A program made the position numbers and the translations under genes. Positions 25,830-32,000 of a stretch of DNA of 32,000 nucleotides are shown piece by piece (position 1 is the first letter of the stretch; each line of letters opens with the position of its first letter). Under the pieces are notes generated by a model. That model was given only the letters and a program-made list of their open reading frames with translations, was not told the DNA's origin and ran no database searches. Origin of the DNA: Candidatus Brocadia sp. (GTDB lineage: Bacteria; Planctomycetota; Brocadiia; Brocadiales; Brocadiaceae); the NCBI GenBank assembly GCA_021650915.1, contig CP091279.1, positions 3,600,001 through 3,632,000 of the forward strand. Reading direction: 5' to 3'.

Positions 25830-26211
25830 GGCGTATTGGATTTATAAAGGTATCGTAACCATAATGTATGCCTCTCTTATATACTTTGCATCCTCGCGGG
25901 ATACCTCTTCTGTTCCCCTTCCCTTGCACTACGATAAAGCCATTCATTTTATCGTGTTTGGTCTTTTAAGCCTTATGATCTGCTGGACGCTTTCTTCTTT
26001 TACTTTTGGAAACCATTGGATAGTTAAAATTATCGTGGCAATCGGCATTACTTCCCTCTACGGCGCATCAGATGAATTTCACCAGGTCTTTACCCCGCAT
26101 CGTTCAGTGAGCGTCTTTGACTGGCTGGCGGATACGGCTGGCGCCGCCACCGCTGCCTTTTTATGGTATGGGATAACGTCCAAATGGTGGGTAAAAAAGG
26201 CAACCGTTTAG
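25813..26211 (+). CDS. VanZ-like family membrane protein
   Basis: The translation reads DKAIHFIVFGLLSLMI...GASDEFHQVFTPHRSVSVFDWLADTAGAA. The likely start MNIKIR at 25813 overlaps the NYN gene by 17 nt. The ORF-track start is 25732. Confidence 0.75.
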   Translation: MNIKIRAYWIYKGIVTIMYASLIYFASSRDTSSVPLPLHYDKAIHFIVFGLLSLMICWTLSSFTFGNHWIVKIIVAIGITSLYGASDEFHQVFTPHRSVSVFDWLADTAGAATAAFLWYGITSKWWVKKATV

Positions 26212-26297
26212 TCTTCTCAGAATTCCGGCGTTGCTGATGTTTGCCGCCCAGAATAAGGATACACGGGTTGCCTGCTTACTGTTTCGCAGAAGGTATA

Positions 26298-26530
26298 CAT
26301 AGCGCAGCACAGCCACAGCCAAATTTCCTTTATGAAAGTGGGGAGATTGCTTCGGAAAAGGCCTCGCAATGACAGTGACCATGCACTTTGATGGCACACT
26401 GTACGTTGTCATTGCGAGTGAAGCGAAGCAATCTTTCACTCATAAAAAACGGTACCTCCTGAAAGGGGCTTATGAAAAAACTTACAAAAAAAGACGTTTT
26501 TATACAGTAATACTATAACGCAGCACAGCC
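26298..26530. repeat. Copy B of the roughly 240-bp MITE-like composite repeat, inverted relative to copy A (core 26345..26433)
   Basis: The reverse complement aligns with 15064..15305 along the core (identical 27-nt arm gattgcttcgcttcactcgcaatgaca) and both flanks. Confidence 0.75.
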
Positions 26531-26650
26531 GCAACCAAAAAAGTTCAACCACAAAGAGCGCAAAGTTTTACACAAAGATCACAAAGATCACAAAGAAAAC
26601 ATTACAGAAAAAAGAAGTTTTTATGGAGTAATACTATAGACGCAATGGCC
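26531..26650. repeat. Second, adjacent short repeat unit sharing the end module of the 240-bp family, with a cacaaaga tandem core
   Basis: It ends in gtttttatggagtaatactatagacgcaatggcc, compared with gtttttatacagtaatactataacgcagcacagcc at 26496..26530. Internally there are three tandem 9-mers (cacaaagat, cacaaagat, cacaaagaa) at 26571..26597. Confidence 0.6.
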
Positions 26651-26807
26651 ATAATAGCCTGAAGCAGCTCCGCGGTTTAGATTGCTTCAGGAGGTTTGCG
26701 CTGCGCACGGCGAACGTGCGTGCAAGGGTAGCACTTCTTTTTGTATCCACTATCGGGTGATTATCTTCTCTGCTGTGAAGTCGTTTTCAAATGTTAAAAG
26801 AAGAAGA

Positions 26808-28154
26808 TTACCGGAGTTTTATTTTCATCTTCCTTTGAAATTCTGCCTCTTCTCGGATCTTTGTTACCTCTTCTTTCATACCACTCAAATCTTCCTGGAG
26901 TTTTGCCCATCCGCAGAGGTGCGTATGGCCAGGGTTTCCATGGTAAGCCCCTTTCCACGCAACAGCGGCTCCCTGAGTTAATTGGATAAACAAGCGTTCT
27001 ATCCTGGGCTTGTTGGTGTACGACGGCAAGGCTTCCTGAACGAAGGCATGACCGGGCAAAAGCGTATTCATGGTTTTACCTATTGGCGGAGACAGCAGGT
27101 TTTCTCTTTCCAACCCCGTAACGATATCACGGGCATCCTTAATAACCGTCTCGATATTTTTATAGGTGTCATCAGCATCCAGTAAGGTCTTCTTTGCAAA
27201 AGACAGTGAGTGGCATATAGTGCAGACGGACAGCATGTCTGTCCGTTTCTTTGCGAATTCAACCTCATCTATGGCTGCGCCATTCCTGTCAATGTAAGGA
27301 AGCCCGCTTCCGGCAACCGGGCCATAGGTAAGTCCGAAGCTGAGATCATGAGTGCCCTGCGGCATGTGGCAGGTAACACAAACGGGCGACCTCAGGGAAG
27401 CGATGGTTCGCGATTCTTTTAGTATGCCAGCCTGACTTGCCGTATAGACACTTCCGTGTTTGGAGGAGATATACATCTCATAATGCGGGTTGTCCGGGCC
27501 CATGTGACACGTTCTGCATGCCTCCGGGGTTTTTGCCTCAAGGGTGTTAAAAGTATGTCGTGTGTGGCATGAATCACATTTGAATTGAATATTGTGACAC
27601 TGCGCACACTTTTCTGAACGAAGGTCTTTGGGAATTGACAGGAGGTTTCCGCACTCAAGCATTCTATCCCAGCTTATGGAGTGGCGACTCCGCATAAATT
27701 CCTGATGCTCCTTTTTATGGCATTTGCCACACATACTGGCAGTTACGTGACGACGGACCTTTTTGTCCTCGCACGTGCTTCCCTGCGTACCCAGATATTC
27801 CAATTCCGCCGTTTCCGTTGTTGCCAGTTCTGTGACAGAACCGACATGGCACACCTCACATCCCACGCCTTTTCTTGCATGTTTACTGCCCTCCCAATCC
27901 GCCACCCATCCATGCGTAACCCGGCGTTCTTCATGGCACGTTATACATTTCAGGGATTCTTCCGTAATTCCCCTTTCTTTTTTGGTAATGGACACAACCG
28001 CTTCCGTTTTGCCAGGAATCGGCGTAGCCGCTTCTTCAGGAGGCGGGATAATCGTTTTTTGCGGGATATTGGTTGTTTCTTTTTGAGTAGCACAACCGGC
28101 AAGCAAAGCCAGTCCGGTAAGAATAACTACGATGGTAACATATTTCAGAGGCAT
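26808..28154 (-). CDS. Octaheme cytochrome c of the hydroxylamine-oxidoreductase (HAO-like) family, with a lipoprotein-type signal peptide
   Basis: There are eight CxxCH motifs: CITCH, CEVCH, CGKCH, CAQCH, CDSCH, CRTCH, CVTCH and CTICH. HAO-like context blocks are WEGSKHARKGVGCEVCH, CDSCHTRHTFNTLEAKTPEACRTCHMGPDNPHYEMYISSKHG and VCTICHSLSFA. I place the start at MPLKYVTIVVILTGLALLAGC (28154), preceded by aaggaga. Confidence 0.8.
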   Translation of the reverse strand: MPLKYVTIVVILTGLALLAGCATQKETTNIPQKTIIPPPEEAATPIPGKTEAVVSITKKERGITEESLKCITCHEERRVTHGWVADWEGSKHARKGVGCEVCHVGSVTELATTETAELEYLGTQGSTCEDKKVRRHVTASMCGKCHKKEHQEFMRSRHSISWDRMLECGNLLSIPKDLRSEKCAQCHNIQFKCDSCHTRHTFNTLEAKTPEACRTCHMGPDNPHYEMYISSKHGSVYTASQAGILKESRTIASLRSPVCVTCHMPQGTHDLSFGLTYGPVAGSGLPYIDRNGAAIDEVEFAKKRTDMLSVCTICHSLSFAKKTLLDADDTYKNIETVIKDARDIVTGLERENLLSPPIGKTMNTLLPGHAFVQEALPSYTNKPRIERLFIQLTQGAAVAWKGAYHGNPGHTHLCGWAKLQEDLSGMKEEVTKIREEAEFQRKMKIKLR

Positions 28155-28231
28155 GGTATCTCCTTTGGCAGAAACAGGCATATAGATGTCAGGCACAGGA
28201 ACCCAGTAGCGTTCCATAAATGCTGAATAAG

Positions 28232-28699
28232 CTAATAAGTCCTCTTGTCCGCTCGTTGATTCCAAAAGTCAAAGAGCGCTAAATTTTCGTTCCGAAGGCA
28301 ATCTGAAACGATTGCCACAGGGCTGTTGCCAAATTGTTTCATTTCTCTATTCGAAATGGTAAGTTCGCTGAATCCTAACGTTTTTGCGTCATCAATTCGT
28401 GCGCCATAAACAATCTTTGAAATGCCTGCCCAGTGGCAGGCGCTGAAGCACATGGGACAAGGTTCACAGGTAGCGTACATCACACAGCCAGACAGGTCAA
28501 CGGTATTCAATTGCTTACAGGCCTCTCTGATCGCGTGAATTTCAGCATGGGCGGTGATATCCAGCCTTTCCCAAACGATGTTATGGACACAGCACACGAC
28601 TTCTCCGTCTTTTGCTATGCATGCCCCAAAAGGCGTTTGTCCCTTTTCAATACCTTGTTTTGCTTTGGCTATGGCAAGCCTCATAAATTTTTCATCCAT
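28232..28699 (-). CDS. CDA-fold nucleoside/base deaminase, GuaD-like (guanine deaminase type) rather than clearly TadA
   Basis: Zinc motifs are TAHAEIHAIREA and TCEPCPMCFSACHWAGISKIVYG. The tail ARIDDAKTLGFSEL resembles B. subtilis GuaD (AEHTDAAEAGFDD). Confidence 0.8.
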   Translation of the reverse strand: MDEKFMRLAIAKAKQGIEKGQTPFGACIAKDGEVVCCVHNIVWERLDITAHAEIHAIREACKQLNTVDLSGCVMYATCEPCPMCFSACHWAGISKIVYGARIDDAKTLGFSELTISNREMKQFGNSPVAIVSDCLRNENLALFDFWNQRADKRTY

Positions 28700-28848
28700 T
28701 ACGATTGCTTTTCTTCCCCTCCGCTGCGAATATTCCTGATCTGGAACGATAACTCGTAGTCCGAGATAAGTTCATAAAACATGTTCGGTTGACTTTCTTT
28801 TAGCTCGATGGCGTAATCCAGAAATTTATGAATACCTGTCCCTAACAT
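28699..28848 (-). CDS. Unannotated 49-codon ORF, translationally coupled on both sides (hypothetical)
   Basis: The sequence is ATG at 28848..28846 through TAA at 28701..28699, encoding MLGTGIHKFLDYAIELKESQPNMFYELISDYELSFQIRNIRSGGEEKQS. Its ATG overlaps the last codons of the upstream gene, and its TAA shares one A with the deaminase ATG (TAATG). It falls below the ORF-track length cut-off. Confidence 0.3.
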   Translation of the reverse strand: MLGTGIHKFLDYAIELKESQPNMFYELISDYELSFQIRNIRSGGEEKQS

Positions 28849-29447
28849 TTTTTTACCTTTTCCATCAGTGCCGCCCTCTTTTCAGCTTCAAAGATGAAAC
28901 GTTTGTCCGGGTTGTTATTCTTAAATAATTTAACATTGTAGATAAAGTTCAGGATAAATATCATATCCTGAAACGTGTCCTCAAAATTATAGGTAATCGC
29001 CCGCTCCTTAAAACTATGCCATACCTGCTCAGCGTTGACGTACTCCATAATGACCGGTTCCATCGCTTCTAATGAATGATATTCTATCGTGTCGGCTTCT
29101 TTTCGCATCTGTTTTAATTCGTCCAGAGTCGCATTTTTAATCCGCGTCATGGTAAGCGCGGGAAATTTTAATGCATTGAAATTTGCAAGAAAAAGGTTGA
29201 GCATCTCCGACCGGAACAGGTAGCTTTTTATGAACAGGAGTTGCCTTCTTTTTTCCCTTTTCTCTCTCCTCTCCAGAAACTTTCCCACAATAAAAACTCC
29301 GGCCAGTATTTCCAGCGGAATTGCGGATAAATGAAACAGGAACTCCAGATGTGTCAGGTACTCGATGAGCAAAAAAACTAATGAAGTGGAGACTAACACA
29401 ATGCAAAATCTCGTAGTAATATTTTCTGCTGTTTTTGTAAGTTTCAA
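28842..29447 (-). CDS. Hypothetical membrane protein (two N-terminal TM helices plus a helical cytoplasmic domain), with no family recognised
   Basis: The ORF encodes 201 aa. Hydrophobic segments are FCIVLVSTSLVFLLIEYL and AIPLEILAGVFIVGKFL, followed by the charged ERREKREKRRQ. No motif was recognised. Confidence 0.5.
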   Translation of the reverse strand: MKLTKTAENITTRFCIVLVSTSLVFLLIEYLTHLEFLFHLSAIPLEILAGVFIVGKFLERREKREKRRQLLFIKSYLFRSEMLNLFLANFNALKFPALTMTRIKNATLDELKQMRKEADTIEYHSLEAMEPVIMEYVNAEQVWHSFKERAITYNFEDTFQDMIFILNFIYNVKLFKNNNPDKRFIFEAEKRAALMEKVKKC

Positions 29448-29597
29448 TGGATGAGATGAAAATGATCAAAGGGTATTTTTGAGGACTTAGCAAGAACTGT
29501 AGAAATGATACCTGAATCGAGGAAAATTTCAAGTCCTATCTCTCGCCTTGTCTCATGGGGAGCATCATCGATATCCAATTTCCCTGAAGGCGCATCG

Positions 29598-30692
29598 TTA
29601 ACTGGCCCTGAGCAGAAAGGCATGCGCGCAGAGTCCTGCGCCAAAGGCCACCATGACGCACCAGTCCCCCGGTTGAACACCGTGGTTATCTAAAATCTCA
29701 CGCAGCACAAAAAATACGGTAGGCGAAGACATATTTCCAAATTTTGCCAGGACCGAACGCGTTGCCTGGAGTTGTCCTTCGGGAAGACCGATTTCATCTC
29801 TGATGGCATTGATTACCCTTTCGCCTCCCGGATGAAAGGCCCAATGTTGAATGTCTTTTGGAGCTAATCCCCTCGGTTTTAAAAGGTCAGTTATAACCCT
29901 TGTCACTGCTTTACCAGCCAATTCGGGGAGAGAAACGGAAAGCTGGTTGCGGAGTTGTCCATTTTTATATATATAGCGGATATCATCACGGGATTCAGGT
30001 TTATAGTAACTGGCTGAGGCAATCAGCTCCAGTCCTTCAGAACGACGCCAAAGGACGGATGCAGAAGCGCCGTCGGCAAAGAGTGCATTTGAAATGATCA
30101 AACTCAAATCGTCCGCCATCTGATAGGTGGCGCTGCAGATCTCTACGGAAACACCCACGATCACCCCGTTATCAGAACTTTTTGCCATATCCTCGCAGAT
30201 TTGCAGGTTGGGAATTCCTCCCCCACACCCGCTGCCAACCAGGTCATGGGCGCGTGTCTTGTCCGACATGCGGAGTTTTTCTATGAGATAGGTAGAGATG
30301 CCGGGACAAATATATCCGGTGCAGGTATTCACCACCAATCCCGATACATCGTCCGGGGTCAATCCAACGGGGGTCAATGCCTTCAGGATTGCCTGAGATG
30401 AAAGGTCTACCGCCCAGCGTGTAAAGCGTGCGATACGGTTATCCGGATGCTCGTGAATAAGACCCTTGAGGTCGTCCAGCGCAAGGTGTCTGTGCACTAC
30501 GCTCGGATGGGCAAAAATCTTCCGCAGTATTGCCAGATTCTTTTTGCTCAGTTTGTCTGCATAGGCTCTTACCAGAAATTCCTCAGCATGGGCCTGGCTT
30601 ACCCTGTAGGGGGGGGTAGTAACTGCTACCGATCCCATACAAATCTTTTGTGAAGGAGGTATGGGTAACCTTTTATCATTATTCGCCATCAT
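29598..30692 (-). CDS. Type III polyketide synthase (chalcone/stilbene synthase superfamily)
   Basis: The Cys-His-Asn triad contexts are VVNTCTGYICPG, WAFHPGGERVI and FGNMSSPTVFFVL. The 364-aa size is typical. The start ATG overlaps the rSAM stop (ATGA at 30689-30692). Confidence 0.9.
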   Translation of the reverse strand: MMANNDKRLPIPPSQKICMGSVAVTTPPYRVSQAHAEEFLVRAYADKLSKKNLAILRKIFAHPSVVHRHLALDDLKGLIHEHPDNRIARFTRWAVDLSSQAILKALTPVGLTPDDVSGLVVNTCTGYICPGISTYLIEKLRMSDKTRAHDLVGSGCGGGIPNLQICEDMAKSSDNGVIVGVSVEICSATYQMADDLSLIISNALFADGASASVLWRRSEGLELIASASYYKPESRDDIRYIYKNGQLRNQLSVSLPELAGKAVTRVITDLLKPRGLAPKDIQHWAFHPGGERVINAIRDEIGLPEGQLQATRSVLAKFGNMSSPTVFFVLREILDNHGVQPGDWCVMVAFGAGLCAHAFLLRAS

Positions 30693-32000
30693 ACGTCCAT
30701 TCCAAAAAGCCTGAGTCCGCGCCGGATAAAACGAGTGTATCGCCAGAGGGGGGACCTGACTCCTGCCCTGTATCCCAGGCGATTCAAGGCCGGAAGAAAC
30801 GAAAGGCCAAGGGTATTGGAGTCAATATAATTTAGGTGTGTACCCAGCGCCTTTCGCAGGGTATTGATTAACCAATCCAGATCCAGGCCGGGAGAAAGGT
30901 AAAACACGGGTTCCAGCATTTCCCGGGAAGGAAGCGCCAAAACACCTTCTTTACGAGCCCGCTGCTCAAGTTCAGTGCCAGGATAGATGCGTATTCCTAT
31001 ATTGAAAAATACCACGTCTTTCGGACGTATGAATTGCTCTGCAAAATGCAACGTTTCCTGAACGGTATCTTGTGTTTCGCATGGCCCTCCCAGCATGAAG
31101 ATCCAGAGGCAAGGTATATTGTGATGTTGAACGACCCGGGCTGCATGGTAGACGTGTTCTACGGTAAAACCTTTTTGGAGACCGTCCAGGACAACACCAG
31201 ATGCGCTTTCAACCGTAATACCCATACCAACGAAACCAGCCTCCTCCATTGCGGTAAGGAGGTCATCGTCTATGAAAAGCGGGTTTAATTCCAGGCTCTG
31301 GAGACGAACATCAGGTCTGGCTCTGGCAAGGCCATTACAGATGGCCAATGCATGATCATAGGGGGAATTAAATACATTGTCAACAAATTCAATGTCCCTG
31401 AATCCCTTCCCGGCAAGACGCTCAATCGTATCGACGACCACGGCGGGATTACAGAAACGATAGTCGTATCCTTCAATCTTCCGGTAGGTGCAGTAGACGC
31501 ATTTGAAGTGGCATCCGAGTTTTGTTTGAATGGGCACCGTCGACAACCTGGACAGGTAGGCATGCGTATCAATCCATCGGTGGAAACCGGGAACCAGACA
31601 GCCATCGGAAAAACGGGTTACATAACCGGTATTTTTCCTGAAGATACCATCATCCAACCATGCAACACCAGGAATTTGGTTCGGGAACTCACCTTGGGAA
31701 AGCGAAGCTGCCAATTGAGGAAAAACAACTTCCCCGTCTCCCAGGATTGCCCAGTCTGCCCCCGTATAACGAAGCAATTCTTCAGGCATGATGGCAACTG
31801 CAGCGCCGCCAAGAACAAGGGCAGATCGCGTCTTGCTGCGGATGGTTTTCGCCAGTGGCTTCAAATCCCGAAAGAAAGCCACGGGATTTTGCATATCATT
31901 ATTGTCGATGTTTCGTACAGAAAGACCGACAATGTCAGGATTGAATTTGACAAGTTCAGACTCCAGGGACGATACCGGGTCTTTCACAAACATCAAATCC
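30689..32000 (-). CDS. B12-binding-domain radical SAM enzyme (class B), with the N-terminus outside the window
   Basis: The ORF is open to the window edge. It has a B12-binding-like region (DIVGLSVRNIDN...LVLGGAAVAIMPEELL...AILGDGE) and the radical SAM cluster motif GCHFKCVYCTY. Confidence 0.85.
   Translation of the reverse strand, partial: DLMFVKDPVSSLESELVKFNPDIVGLSVRNIDNNDMQNPVAFFRDLKPLAKTIRSKTRSALVLGGAAVAIMPEELLRYTGADWAILGDGEVVFPQLAASLSQGEFPNQIPGVAWLDDGIFRKNTGYVTRFSDGCLVPGFHRWIDTHAYLSRLSTVPIQTKLGCHFKCVYCTYRKIEGYDYRFCNPAVVVDTIERLAGKGFRDIEFVDNVFNSPYDHALAICNGLARARPDVRLQSLELNPLFIDDDLLTAMEEAGFVGMGITVESASGVVLDGLQKGFTVEHVYHAARVVQHHNIPCLWIFMLGGPCETQDTVQETLHFAEQFIRPKDVVFFNIGIRIYPGTELEQRARKEGVLALPSREMLEPVFYLSPGLDLDWLINTLRKALGTHLNYIDSNTLGLSFLPALNRLGYRAGVRSPLWRYTRFIRRGLRLFGMDV

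Noticed and set aside
26549-26597. Tandem cacaaagat 9-mers as a possible CRISPR or minisatellite
   Set aside because: There are only three contiguous 9-bp units with no spacers, embedded in a MITE-like unit. This is far too short and lacks the repeat-spacer architecture of CRISPR.
15064-26650. Inverted 240-bp repeats as the ends of a composite transposon or genomic island
   Set aside because: The 11-kb interior is core housekeeping (kdsCD, scpA, thiD, lpxK, pyrC) with no transposase or integrase. The repeats look like dispersed MITEs whose flanking position is probably coincidental. This is kept only as a possible inversion substrate.
26658-26720. Two hairpins (cctgaagca...tgcttcagg at 26658..26691, and cgcacg-gcgaa-cgtgcg at 26704..26720) as the intrinsic terminator of the HAO-like gene
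   Set aside because: They are correctly placed downstream of the minus-strand stop, but neither is followed by a U-tract on the minus strand. They may equally be part of the adjacent repeat cluster, so they are not annotated as a terminator.
28155-28265. A 37-codon N-terminal extension of the HAO-like ORF, overlapping the deaminase 3' end
   Set aside because: The internal start at 28154 has an aaggaga RBS and is immediately followed by a textbook signal peptide with a lipobox. The extension would bury the signal peptide.
29137-29693. ORFs 29137..29532 (-), 29444..29680 (-) and 29505..29693 (+) in and around the PKS / 2-TM-protein spacer
   Set aside because: They overlap better-supported genes or the PKS 3' end in other frames. 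Their composition is unprotein-like and no start context or motifs are present. The 150-bp spacer contains only a weak 7-bp inverted repeat (aggactt/aagtcct).

Overview
The window is a 32-kb chromosomal segment, roughly 43-45% GC by eye. It holds about 31 credible protein genes, no rRNA or tRNA genes, and no CRISPR array. Gene content suggests an anammox-type planctomycete (Brocadiales-like): an HAO-like octaheme cytochrome c, HEAT-repeat fusion proteins, LPS/Kdo genes and repeat-laden spacers. This taxonomic call is inference only.

Layout:
- 1-17.6 kb is almost entirely minus strand. It contains the leuS 3' end, a decayed DUF4338-like remnant and a tightly coupled 5-gene envelope operon (ArnT/PMT_2-like GT-C, GT2, LAB_N membrane protein, CmoA, ICMT-family methyltransferase) preceded by a CusRS/PmrAB-style two-component system. 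These are followed by a CooF-like ferredoxin, cobA-hemD, a GDPD-HEAT fusion, an LptC-(LptA)3-like fusion, a roughly 1.1-kb gene graveyard with MITE insertions, then kdsC and kdsD.
- 17.8-26.2 kb is plus strand: M50 protease, scpA, thiD, an HNH protein, lpxK, a 2x[4Fe-4S] ferredoxin, a DHS-like protein, an EndoIII-like glycosylase, pyrC, a YacP-like NYN protein and a VanZ-like protein.
- 26.2-26.8 kb is a repeat-rich spacer.
- 26.8-32 kb is minus strand: a lipoprotein-type HAO-like octaheme cytochrome, a GuaD-like deaminase, an unannotated 49-codon ORF, an orphan 2-TM protein, a type III PKS and a B12-binding radical SAM enzyme cut by the window edge.

The most interesting candidates are:
1. 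The cmoA-ICMT pair embedded in a glycolipid operon, which suggests a possible envelope use of carboxy-SAM.
2. The ATGA-coupled B12-rSAM/type III PKS pair.
3. A covalently fused Lpt bridge-like protein.
4. Two MITE families caught inside a decayed toxin-antitoxin locus.

All homology calls come from reading the translations and recalling family motifs. No database search was possible.
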